NCBI GenBank assembly: GCA_050575255.1
Contig: JBNZDD010013721.1
Span: 7,749,671 to 7,813,670, forward strand
Direction: 5' to 3'
Source of the DNA: Harriotta raleighana
Lineage: Eukaryota
Length of the DNA: 64,000 nucleotides
The notes below the pieces were generated by a model. The model was not told where the DNA came from and made no database searches. It was given only the letters and a program-made list of their open reading frames with translations. Below are positions 37,471 through 50,310 of the stretch, piece after piece (within the stretch, counting starts at the first letter, position 1; each line of letters begins with the position of its first letter). Made by a program: the position numbers and the translations under genes.

Positions 37471-40400
37471 GAGAATACATCAAGTTTTTAAGTAAGGGAA
37501 GGATATTTTAAGAAAATTGGGTTTTAAAGTTTTATTTCCTGAAATGAGTATTTAAAGCATAGTTAAACATGTAGGCAAATTATCCATTAAATACAGCTTG
37601 TCCTCCTATCTGTGAATGGGTATTGTTTTTATTTGTATCTATCTACCTGTTGCATTTTTTTTTCTCATTTGTATTTGGATCATGCAAATAAATGCCAGTA
37701 ACAGCGATTGTTGGCCTTTGTTTTCATCATGTACTGTTTCAAGAGACTCTGTCAGACATGAGACGATGACAAATCCTACGGCAAATTGCTATCAATCTAA
37801 TTGATAATACTGTACTCAAAGCTGCAACAGCTCATCAGTGACAGAAAGAGAGTGAGTGCTGCAAAAAGCAGGGAGGTGAGGGGAGGGGGCACCAGTCTGC
37901 ACGATTAGTTGTGAGACCAACTCCGGGAAGCTGTAAAATCAAGTGATTGGACTGCTATGGCAATGCCTGCAATTTGGGGAACGATGAAAAGGTCTGAGAT
38001 GATGTACGAAGGAGATCAAGGAAAATGAACAATGGAGCATGTTACGGACCATCATTAAAAAGAGTGTAGCTATTTACAACCCTTTTTTTTCATACAAAGT
38101 GGATGGACTCGGTCCTTATGAATTATTTTCATTGAAGTTTCATTACCAGTGTCCATTTAAGCACTTAATAGAATTGATGAATATGTGGGAAATAATTGAT
38201 ACCTGAAAGTGATTACAGGGTGTAATCTAATCAAGTGGTTAGATGATGTCATGCAACATGAGAGTGAAGTTTCACCAGTTTATCTGCTGAATCTTAAAAT
38301 TACATTATAGCCTCAGTTTTGCATCTACAAAAGGATATTGATGTTTTTAATCTAGTGTTGATTTGCAGGATTTATGATGGTATATATGTGCAGGAGGTTT
38401 AATAAAATTCTAATTATCTAAAAGTACATTGTATAGCGAGAATTATTTTGCTTCACACCAATATTATTTTTAAATGAAGCTTTTGAAAAAATGGTTATGA
38501 TACATGCTAATAAAAATAATTGTTTGCCAGAAAATTGAACATCAAGTTCAGAAATAATTAAATATCGAATGTTCAAAATGTTATTTTTACTGTTGGATCA
38601 ATTAAGCGTGGTGGGGGAATGGTAGAAACAAAGATTTCAGAATTGTCTACTGTGAATGTGTAGATTTTATTTAAGCATTTAGATAAAAAGGTAATACCTA
38701 GCTGGAATAACCATAACTACAATAATGCTGTATTGATATAGTGAGTTCATATAGTGGACAGCATCAGATGCTGAATTAAGGAGGAGAGGGAGTGTGGGAA
38801 GCAGGAGAAAGACCATAGGCAAGCAGTTCTGTTTCTCCACCAAATCCATTCATGCATAATTTTAGCTTTGTCTCTCGGACATGCGTTTCAGAATTTTATG
38901 TGAGTTTACATAAAAGGCTACAGCAAGGAAGCAGGCCTTTTCGCTCAACTGGTCCTCACCAATGATCATACTCCACATCAGCCTTTAGCCCTCCTCATCC
39001 CCTCTTACATATTGCTCTTTTCCCTTCTCCCTCTTGTTGGAAGGGAATTCTTCATCCAGATCAATCTTGTGATCCTGTATAGCAGGACCTAGAATATTAG
39101 GTTCACTTGATGTAAGTGAGGGCATTGTATTAAGCATGTACAATGTCAGACAAACCAAGATGGGATGGGACTACTCAACTGCGTAGTGCAAATGGGATAC
39201 TAGATGCAGGAACTTGTCTCTTCTTTATAACACTTTTCCTTTGTTCCAGGTCAGCCCAGGTCAGGTTAGCCCCGTGATTGTATTTATGTACACTCAATAG
39301 TTCTCAAAATCTTTAACACAAATTTCTGTTTCTATCAAATGAAAGTCTATGTTTTCGTTTGCATGTTCACGGAGCTTGAAACATCTTAAAACAAGTCACA
39401 GGCAATTTCTGTCAAGTGCAGTGACTGTCAGTAATCCAAGACACTATCATGCGTATCAATACAAGTTGTTTTGATTTTTTGCAAGACAAAACATTGTAAT
39501 TAATCCCATTCAATCCTATTGTTCCTATGATAAAAGTATGAAATGAGGTATAGGATTAATTAATCTCATCTAGCAGAGATAAAAAATATTTTGTCTGAAC
39601 AATGCACCTGAAACACTAATGCACAATTTATCATCTGAGTGTGCTGGCTGGAAAGAAGGGGAGGGTTGCGATAGCTTGTAATATGTTTAAGATAACTTTA
39701 CGCATAGCTCAACTGCGGAATAAAATGAGCAAGAGATGAAGGATTATTCCAAGCAGAACAATAGTAATAAATCTGCAGTCCTCACTGGTGCTGAAGCGAT
39801 ACACCAGAGAAGGCAAGTTAGTCATTCCAGATGCACTAACTTCTTCCACATGTTCCAGTTAGTTATCATTTTCCATTCACACCAACTCTTGAAAGAGTGA
39901 AACATCCACGACTACTATGATCTCATGGACGGTGGAGTCTAGAAGTAAAATATCACCCACTGCACTGTTCCAATTGTAGACGTTGCCACCTCACAAAAGT
40001 TGATAACTTTTGGTGTCGCATCTGCTCCTCAGTCTCCCCTTCCCTCCTTTTGGGAGTCCATTCCTTGCAATCCTACACTTGTGCAATCCTGTGTGCTGAC
40101 TTGCTAAACTATTACTACCAATTCTGCAACTGTATCGTTCTCACTGTGCATCCTAATGAGGCTTCAAAAACCCTCCGCTCCCATCACAAAGGAGGAAAAC
40201 CGAATAGGCTTTGATCCAATAAACCAAACCAGCTGAAATGTCATCGTGTTGGTTTACCTCAGTGTTATAATGTCCCTCTAAAGCACACTTCTCATCATAC
40301 TTTCTTTATTGAATTCTTCTATTTCTTCTGAATCTGTCACCTCTAGTTAGACACAGGGAAACCACGGATGTAAAGATACCTATGCTGCTTTCACTATAGC

Positions 40401-42662
40401 CAGCTCTCAAAACAGTAATGATTTTATACAATAATTTTACCGCAGACGCTAATGAGAAATTGAAAGGCAAAAGCAGACAGGAAGCTAATTTGGAACAAAT
40501 GCATTAATGAAAGGCCTGCAGTGGTTTTTTTTATTCTATGGCACTGCAATGCAGCAGTGGCGATGAATAATAACATGAAATCATGACGCAAATCATCAAT
40601 CTGATCAAAGTAGCAGTGGCACTGTCAATTTTAACTGTGCGTGGTACTAACGGGAATGGATTTTGTTAGTTAACATGAGCCTGGGCTGATCATTCGAACA
40701 GCGTGGAGCAAATGGACTCGAAGAGCAGGATTCACTGCCCTTAATTTCTCCATTTTATTGTCTTTACATCTTCCTGATCAAAGAAGAGAAGCTTTGGCTT
40801 ATTTGATCTCCATGTTGCAGAATGCCAACCCTACCCTTTTCCCTTTGACACCTATATAACCACAACAATAGCTTTGACCTCTCCTCCTCTCCAAGCAAAA
40901 ATAAAGTTGGGAGATAATCAAAAAAAATTAAAAATCAGAGGGATCCTGAAATTATTCGGTCATCGATGCTTTAAATGGAAACTTGAATTTCTTTCCCCCT
41001 GTATGCACATCAAAAAAATCCATTGCTTCAAATGGGCTGTTTTTGAATAACAAGTCAGTTGTTTAATTAACAATGACATGAATGAGCACAGGTGAAACCA
41101 GAATGTTTCTCCATCATTGACACACAATGAAATCGAAGGTTGCCTCATTTGCAACCTTATTTATTGTTCCTGTTTGTTCAGTCAAGGTCATTATGATGGA
41201 AAATGTTATGTTGTTAGAGAAAACTGAACAGTTTTGATCTGCAGTAAAGCCCTGTTACAAGACACAATACTTGGTGGTGGTCCATGAAATTCCAGCCTAT
41301 TTTAGAAGTTGCTTAATTTGGAGGTGTTTCCCCAAATTTCCCCAACCTGCCACACAACTATTCAAATTGGCAACTGATAACTCACCAAAATGTGCAGGCA
41401 CACTGGCCACACATGCAGAAGTGTATAACACTGGTCTTACATTTACACCCTGTGCACATTGCCCAAAAGACAAGACTGATACTTTCTCCTTCTGTGGTCA
41501 ACCACTAAACACAATCCAAACGCCTTGTCATTCGAATGATTGGCATTTTCCATTGCGACACAATAGCATTTACATCAAAGGCAGTTTAGTTTGCATGAGC
41601 CATTCAACTCCCAGACACAGTTTTAGTTGAATGCATAATGGAAACAAGTAAATGTTGCGGCAGCCACATATCGACCACACAATTTGTTCCACTGGAATCC
41701 TTCCAAAATGACAGAGGAAGCATGAAAACCACTGAATTTCATTCAGTCACATGGCAGTCATACCTTCCTGAATGGAGAGATACTGCACGTAAGGTTTAGG
41801 TTAGGAATCTTTGACACGGTGAATAGAACTTTCATCCAGGCAGAGTGTACAGACGCTTGGGGAGGGCAGGAGGGAAATTAACGTTCAGTGTAATTTCTCA
41901 GGTTAAGAAAATGTCAAAGGAGATGTCATGATGTTGATGGTGGATGGATAATAGATAGGCTTTCAGCCAAGGAGAGGGTCATGAGGGAAACTGATGATGG
42001 ATCGCTAACTGACGGAGATGATGTTCTGTAAGAATCAAGAGTAGACCTCTAACATGTTCCTCCTTGGAGGCTATTGTAGGTGTAGACGATTTGGAAATTG
42101 GACATCCAAGGAAGGTTTAAAAACAATGCACAAAAAAATTCTACTTGAATGACCAGTCTTTTCGCCTCCACATCGTTAAAGGTATATTGTGTTGTAAAAT
42201 ATTGAACTGCTGCAAAATTTCCACCTGTAATGTTCCTCTTATATATTTTGAATTGTATTATGACATTCTTAATCTTGATAATCTCAACAATTATATAATT
42301 GTGAGGAAAAGCTTTTTAATCGAATTATAATAGAATTGACATGTTCTAGCACCTTTCACGTTGGGGAGGAAGTCTTGAAGCAGATGAAACAAGACAATTT
42401 TATTGATTCAATGCTAAGATAGTCAACCCTTACAACAGTGATCCAAGCTTCAAATAATTTCTGGTCTCTTCCCAGTGGAGGCAAGGTCTCTTTACATGCC
42501 TAGCTCTCAGCAGGTCTTGCCAAATATTCAGCAAGAGTTCTCTCAAGAACAGCTAGCAGGGAACAAGACATCCATTCACACTATCCACCACAAAAGTAAT
42601 TGCAATTGATAGTTTGAATTTCATAATGACTAGAAACAATATTAAATTCACCAGTAGTTCTG

Positions 42663-42825
42663 CATAATAATAATCCTTGTAGTTGATATAGCGCATTTTA
42701 TCACGTCTTTGGGATGTCCCAAAGAGCTTCAAAGAATACATTGTATAGTGAATTGACTGTATATTTTGTAGGCAAAATGTGGCAACCAATTGTGCACAGC
42801 AGTTTCTCATAAACAATCATGGATA
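42663..42825 (-). mobile_element. SINE 3' half
   Basis: taataataatccttgtagttgatatagcgc..gtgaattgactgtatatttt..gcaaccaattgtgcacagc. Confidence 0.88.
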
Positions 42826-43564
42826 ATGCATCACATTCCTAAGCCAGGAAGTTGAATCTGGGTTTGGAGGCCTATAGAAATGTACCTCACCTGATTGATC
42901 ACTTTTCTTTCTCATCCGGATCAGACTAATCCTCAGCAAACAAACAAGCAGCCTTTTGTTTTATTGAAAAAGATTGAAAATCTGAATTCAGTTGTATAGC
43001 ATTTTGTTTTGTTCTTTTGCAGATTTTCAGGAAAGGCCGCTTACAGTACTACAATTGCAAGGTAAGTAAGTTGCAACCTTGAGAAAGAAAATCAGATGTA
43101 ATATTAATAAAGGCTCGGAAAAAATATGCTGGTGTAATTGCTTAATCTGTCCTCCAGCAACTATAATTGGCAAGTGATGGTTAGATCTGTGTGAACTTTT
43201 GTGTTCATGGGGCAGAGATCCAGGCAGTGATATGGTCTGAGGATCAAGATGCACTGAGACGAGACTGAATGTGCGAAGCGTTGTCTCTGATACTGTGTAA
43301 CAAACACACAAACAAAAGAACAGCGATAAGAAGCAATCTCCTTGTAAATCTGTGGTTAAAAAATGTGCACACCCTTATAAAATACCTTCTTCTAAGTTTC
43401 AAGTCCAGATCGAAGGAGGAAACAAAGAAAGAGATGTGTCTATTTTAAATGACAGCAACGTTTCGACGATAAGATGTGAGTCTCTGTTAGTAATTCAAAA
43501 ATAATTTAGTAAAATAATTGCTGTGATTGATTTTTCAGGTCTGGAGATCGCATTCTACACTTAC

Positions 43565-43728
43565 ATCTGACAAGTCTCTCTCGCTGAAGATTTCTAAAGG
43601 TGATGGGAATGGCTTTATAAAAGTCTCATTAATCAACGTGAAGTATTCTGCATGGTTCTTGACTCTGTCTTTAAAATTTTGAAAGAATGTGTTCACTGCT
43701 CTTAGCAGCTCCCCTCTCTGTTCACAAA
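43565..43728 (-). CDS. Probable coding exon (phase 1->0) of an unidentified gene: CEQRGELLRAVNTFFQNFKDRVKNHAEYFTLINETFIKPFPSPLEIFSERDLSD
   Basis: cctttgtgttcctgcag| acceptor, GAT|gtaagt donor; 164 nt = 2 nt + 54 codons; other two frames stop early; protein-like composition. Confidence 0.65.
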
Positions 43729-46669
43729 CTGCAGGAACACAAAGGATTTCCATCAAGAATCATCTTCCACCAATACTCCAGCTCATATTCAGATAGATTT
43801 TTTTTGCAAATATAGAATTTCATAACAAGAAATGATCAATAGTTATCGAGAAGCTTTTTAATTGGCATAATTTATATAACCAATAAACTGTTCTAAGTTT
43901 AACCTCGAGGTATATGTTACCTGCACTATTTCAGTAATTCTTTCTTAAAGATATTACTAACATTTTGGAAATAGATTAATATCTCATTATATTTAGAACC
44001 CTTTTAGAATTTCTTTTATAGAATCAACAGTTAATCAATGAAAATGCCTTTAACTTATTATATTCTGCACTGCAGGCAGAAGTGAACAAATTAAAAACAT
44101 TATACTGATTTCAAATAAATCTTATTTATAGCGAAAGGCTGCTGTCACCTAAGGATCCGTGCCTTTAACAGAAGCCTTATTCCTAAGGGGAAGAAAGGAA
44201 ATCCTTGGGGTGTAACTCCATTTGAGTCTCCATTTACTTGGAGTCTAAATCATAGAATCATAGAATTATACATCACTGAAGGACGCCATTTGAGCCATCG
44301 TCTCAAAACATCTGCCACATTTCTGGACACTCGGAAATACTTCAAAAATAGAGTAAATCTAGACACAGGTGGAATTTCTACCTCTAAGGAGGCAGATTGT
44401 TAACGACCAATTGTGCATTTCTATCAAAAACATATCTTTTGTTACCGTATATTTATTAAACACTTTCTGATGATGCGAAGTGTGGATATCATCATTAAGG
44501 TTAGTGCTGCTATGGTTACATCTAAGTCATGTATTAGAAGTACAGCACCTAGTTTTTATTCAAACATTAAAATGTTTGTCAAGTATCTTTCATGTATCCA
44601 GGCATTTTAGCAGAATACCATTTCCAAACCTACCTCAAGTCATTTTACCACGGGTGTTTCTGAAGGCAGTACGGAATTATCGTTCCTGAAAATGAAAAGC
44701 GAAGGTTTTATTTTGTTAAAACTCGACACACATGGGTTGCACTTAGAAAGAAAGCCCCATCCTATCGGCTGCCATTACAGTCTTACCATCTTTCTTATCT
44801 ATGTCCAGTGTTTCATTCATTGTCGATTATTCTCTGTGTGTTGAATTCATTCATATCTGGAATCTGTAACAAAATTGCTCTTCACTGTCCTAAACCTATG
44901 CTTCCTTATCTTGCTTCTTGCTGTATCTGAATGCATTGTTTTTAGTTTGCTTTGCCCTATCCAATTTAGTATCACGTGTCTCTATAAAGTCCCCTCTGAG
45001 ACGGTTCTTTTCAGACCTGTGTTTCTTGCAATATTCCTGAAATGTGGGTTGCTTCTACTTCATTGCTTTTAAGGAATTCTTGAAATGCCAATGAAATCTA
45101 ATTTTTTACATATTTGCCCCTTCTCTGTTCCCCAATTTTGAAGGCAGTTGCGTATGTTTGACATCAAAATCCCAATGTAGATTTCCTGAAGGAAATTAAC
45201 AAAGGAGCTAGTTTTCATGCACTGTATAAGCCTGGACAGTGAGTGTTGTAAATGTTGTGATGTGAGGTGGCATCACAGACATCCCTGATTTATTTTTGGT
45301 CATCTTATTCCAGAGAGTATTAGACACAGAATTGTAAGAGCCAAAGCTTGGGGATCCAAGAGTGGGTGTTTGGGATACTGCCAAGGATTAAGGCGACCCT
45401 GATTGATCCGTTGCTCTCTGCAGAGATCAATGGAGAGGAATCAGAAGTAGGATCCTTATTCAATTGACGCATATTTTTTCAAATTCCCTTTCCCTGACTT
45501 GAAAAATGCCAGAATATTACGAATGTAAAGCAGCCTATAACTGTATTGACGTAAGAAGAGATGAGAGGCATGAGAATTTGTCAATTTGATTCACAGCCTG
45601 ATTGCTTTATTTGTTTTGAAGCATTTCATTTGAAACAAGGGACGTATTGATGTCGCCCCTTTGCACACAGCTGTTAGCACGCAATGATCATTAGTGGCAT
45701 ATTACTAAAAAGAGGACTCAAACAGAGATGGTGGCCTCTCCTTCCATCCTCAGATAATGCACACCAGCGATTGAACTCGCCTCAGAATCATCTCGTGCGG
45801 GGTATTTTTGCCATCAGAGGGTTATACTTGTCATCTACAGAGCTAGTGTTTCATTTCACCAGGGGAAAATCAAGATGTGCACATGCTTCCATGTCCCACA
45901 TTTTTAATGGCGTTTCATCACCGATTCAAAATCACATTGAAGCTGTTATAAACTGGCGTATTTTTCACGCACCTCACCTGCCAACTTTCTTTTCTCATAA
46001 AGCAAACGGAACTTCTTTTATTTGATCAAGCCCATACACAGACACACACACACCAGAGACAACACCAAAGACACATACACACACCACCAAAAGCAAACCC
46101 TCATCGTCTACACTTGAAGGCAATCCAATTTTGTTCTCTATTCGTGGTCAGTCCGCCTTTTAGCAACTGTGCTGTTAATAATGATGGTGTGCAGTTTGCT
46201 GGGGGCAATGTCAATAGATCCCTTGTTTCAAGTGAAAAGTTACAAAACAAATCAAACAATTGGCCTGTAAATCAAATTGATAAATTTGTATGCCTCCCGT
46301 CTCTTCTTGCATCAACACTGTGGCAGTCAGGAATACTTTTTCAATAATTTGGCATTTCCTTAGCTTTTATGTCAATTCAGAAACCCAGCAATCCCCTAAG
46401 GAAGTTCTCTTTAATGGCTACAGGAGCTAAGATTTAATTCACCGAGTAGTATAAATCTGAATGAGTACAAAGAGCAATAGTCTTGTTGAAATAAGCCACA
46501 AGGCTTCCTCAAAGCATGAGGAGGTGGGAATGTGGAACTCACTACTGCAAGCTGTGGTTGAACATAAAAAATATCAATGTATTGAAGAGGAAACCTAATT
46601 CATACATGCATGGGAGTAGAGGCAGAGCAGAAGGGAAAAGGGGCTCATGTGGAGAATAAACACAAGCAT

Positions 46670-46942
46670 AGACTACTTGGGTTGCTTGGTTCATTTCCGT
46701 TAAAGATCCCAATAGCAATATTCGACTAGAAAAGGGTGTTTTTCCTGGTGTCCTGACCAACAATGCCCCAAATAAAATTGATCACTCACTTCATTGCTGT
46801 TTGTGTGACATTGCTGTGTACAACTAGCTGCTGTTCTCACCAGCAAAATCTAGTCACTATATTTATGGTATATCCTGTGAAGCACAAAGACATGTCTCAA
46901 CTATGTGATTCGGCGCTATATCAAATGCAAGGATTATTATTA
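46670..46942 (+). mobile_element. Deu-domain SINE 3' part
   Basis: gttaaagatccca..cctggtgtcctgaccaaca..attgctgtttgtgtgaca..gcgctatatcaaatgcaaggattattatt. Confidence 0.85.
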
Positions 46943-48109
46943 AATTTTAATAGGTCACAGCCACATATATATTACAATTAAATGGCTTCTTATGGACTGG
47001 AATTGAAATCTAGCTGCTGTGTATCCTTTGATATATTTTGCGAATTTGTTCAATTGCAGTGATAAATTAAATTCATGTGTCTATTGCGAAATTCTAGCTT
47101 TTTTGCTTAACGAAACCAAATACTGTACCGTTAAATCTATTTAACAATGCTAATTCTCTTTCACCACAGTCCCACAGTCTGTTTTAGCAACTAGGTCATC
47201 ACATCAAACTCTTCCTGCAGTACCAAAAGGTAAAATTTTGTCTTTGGGGGAGAAAGATAAAGGAATCCCGAAATGTTGATTTCACGAAAACCAAACAGAA
47301 CTGAAATGATCTCACGGCTACTGCTAACAGCAACCGCAACACAACACGGCTCCAACAATCTTGCAATTAAATAATCTCCAGTGGAATGGTAATGACATGT
47401 CACTAAAACAAATAGAACAGCAAAATGCCAAATAGCCCAGCAACGGCACCAGCGCAATTATGAATGGGCTCAGCAAGTTATAGGTCTTTAGTTCAATGTC
47501 AGGGAAGCTTCTGCTGTAAAGAATTGCTGATAAGGCCCCTGTAGGTTTAGCGTAGTTGCTATATGCTATTACTGTAAACATTTAGATTACAATTTTAAAT
47601 GAAATTGCTCTTCCAAATTGTTCCTAATTCTGCAAACTATTTCGCCGGCTGCCAGCATATACGTATCGTGCAATGAACATTTTATATATATATACAGTAT
47701 ATACCAATTGTAGTTTTAAATGTTTTTCCCGACTGAAAACTGCATGAATTCGCATTTTTTTGTGGTTGTTGGCATTCACAACCATGTTGCTAATTTTGAA
47801 CAAAAGGTATTTTTTGTTGGAGGAAGCACATCTATCTATCAAGGTAAAGTTACTGGCATTGCACGATAATTAGCACAAGGAACGCATTAGCGAACACTAC
47901 AAAATTTGCCCGGTTGGCTCCATTTTTCATTCTCAATTCAACAGTTTGCATGTATCCAGCAGAAATATTTGATAGGTCATGAGATTCTGTGACAATGCTT
48001 CCAGACAGTTTCCCCCTCCTCCCCTATCTCACTCCAAGTTCGGGTTCTCATTTTGAAAAGCTCCTTGGGACAATTAATACTTTTAATATAAGTACCGCAT
48101 CTGCCACGT

Positions 48110-48393
48110 TTGGCATTTAATATAGCGTCTTATCACATCTTATCGGTGTCTCAAAAGTGCTTCACAGAATATAGTGTAAAGTAAATTGACTGTATATTTG
48201 TGAGTGAAAAGCGGCAGCCAATTGCGCACAGCGGTGTCCCACAAACAGTCGTGGATTGAAATGACCAATTTATTTTAGTTTTTTTTTGATGGATTATTAT
48301 AAGGCATGTGGAGAAGGGAAACTTGCCCAAGGTTTCGCCCCTGACCTGCCTGGATTCGAGTAAAGACGAGTGTAGCTCAGTGAGCTACAGGAG
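48110..48393 (-). mobile_element. tRNA-derived SINE (short subfamily)
   Basis: gcggcagccaattgcgcacagcggtgtcccacaaacagtcgtggattgaaatgacc..aacttgcccaaggtttcgccc..gagctacagga. Confidence 0.92.
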
Positions 48394-48759
48394 ACAGAAT
48401 TCCCAGCAATGGTAAAATGTACATTAGGAATTCTGAGTTTTAATTAAAAATGTGAAACGGGAGGAGGGATATTCCCTCTCTGAGTTGTTGCTATCATTTA
48501 TACATTGCTTGGGAAAAGAATACTAGCCACAGAGGCGAGGGCACTGTCCTTCACACACAATGTTGCCTGCTTCATTTAGCTGAGTAGATTTGAATTGAGA
48601 TGGCATAAATTCATCCATCTGTTACTGTCCTTGTGCCTCTCATAACATTGTGCCTCTCATATCATTGTGCTTCTAAATGTACCATCATTTAAGTCAGAGA
48701 AAATGAGGTTCAATTTGCCCAAGGTGCCAAGATCTCCTACTTGGAAGCATTGGCCTAAT

Positions 48760-48966
48760 ACAGATTACTCCCTCCCTCAACCCCTTTGCCTCATTCCCTC
48801 CTTTCCCAACTTAAGGTCTCACCTGAAGACTTTCTCTTTGACTGCGCTTATGGACACCTTTCTCCTCCGCCTTTCCCCTGGCCTCGGGCTCCGCCATTGT
48901 GAAGCGCTCTGAGATGCCACCCAATGTGGAGGGCGTTATATAAATACAAGTTGTTGTTGTTGTTGT
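48760..48966 (+). mobile_element. L2 LINE 3' end
   Basis: actccctccctcaacccct..ctcacctgaagactttctctttgac..tgtgaagcgctctgagatg..tatataaatacaag(ttg)n. Confidence 0.88.
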
Positions 48967-50061
48967 AAATGTATTATGTATGTAGTCAGACTTTACTCCC
49001 CTTACCTCTGGAACTCCCTCCCTCTATCCCTCCATCTCTGACTTCAAATCAGACCGTAAAACCTATCTCTTCGACCGTGGCTATTGACATTTCCCCTTCA
49101 CTCCTTTCCCCACTCCCCTGCTTAGCATTTGCTTCCAACTTTGTCGACTCAAGACATTATTGTATGTGAAGAGCGCAAGTTATTGCTGTTCTAGTCATTG
49201 TAAGATTATCTGGCCTCACCGGACAAATTTAAGTAACGGGCATGCATTGAGACAAACAGGGACAAACAGTAAAAGAGTTAAGAAGCTGGTTGGTTCAAAT
49301 CAGGGGGTGTATTCATGAAACACAAGTCCTTTGTTAGAAATTCCCAAGAGCTTCTTTGACTTCTGCATACATACACCTCACCAACATCAAGCTGGAGCTC
49401 GAACAGCGAAGCATTTATGATTACTCGCGAAAACGTTCCCCGAGCATAATTTATGAAGTGCACAAATAAGAAAACCGGATGTTGAGGAGATCTGCCAGTG
49501 TAAACAATGGTGGTCGGGCCTCAGTGTTAGAAGCCCCTTTCATCTGGGGAAACTGGCAATTTTATAGTCTCCCAGTGCCGACACTGCTTCCTGCCTGGTC
49601 GTAAATAAACTGCTCGTGCAATATGATTCCCTTTGCACGAGAAAGCGACAAGTGAAAACACAAAAGCTCAAACCATCCCAGTCACAGTCACTATGGCAAT
49701 ATAGGGCAGCTTGTGGCATGTGTTGCAACAGGAATCCAAACGCTCTAATCTAACAGGTAACGCGCATAACTGTGCAAGTGTGGTAATGCTCACCCAGACA
49801 TTAACTCAAACAGAACACAAGAGGATTTATTGGCGGTCTGTCTGGGGTGAAGCGGTATGTATGACTTTCTCAAGCAACGACTGCCAGGATTCTGCTACAG
49901 AGCAATGAACATAGGCAATCTTTTTTTTTACTGTCCATGTAATATTTCATTGATTCTCTCGGGATAATAGCCTTTAATGAAACACTTAAAAAATCCACTT
50001 TACGAACAAGCAACATTTTTATCTCTTGGAATCAAAGTTACTGACTCCCCACTAACCCCAC

Positions 50062-50310
50062 CATTTGTTACAGCGCCTTATCAGGTCATTGAGATGTCTC
50101 AAAGCACGTCACAGAATATACAGTACTGTGAAGTGCATTGACTGTCCTTCAAGGCATGTCTCAAGACCCTCCTCTTCGATAGTGCCTTTGGCCACCCCAC
50201 TTGCCCTCCACCCCTCCTCATCCCATCCCCTGCTTGGGTCCAAATCCCTGACTGCCATGGGATGTTCTCCGAGTGTGAAAGATGCTATATAAACCTAATT
50301 TGTTGTTGTA
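50062..50310. mobile_element. SINE tail (-) abutting an L2 3' end (+)
   Basis: catttgttacagcgcc..gtgcattgactgt then ccttcaaggcatgtctcaagaccctcctctt..gatgctatataaacctaatttgttgttg. Confidence 0.75.

Noticed and set aside
44787-44863. Minus-strand segment with a good acceptor and GATG|gtaaga donor
   Set aside because: All three frames contain stops, so it cannot be an internal coding exon
45978-46014. Minus-strand 0->1 exon candidate KFRLLYEKRKLA with a CAG|gtgagg donor, which would fit before 43728
   Set aside because: The acceptor is A-rich with no pyrimidine tract; too weak to list
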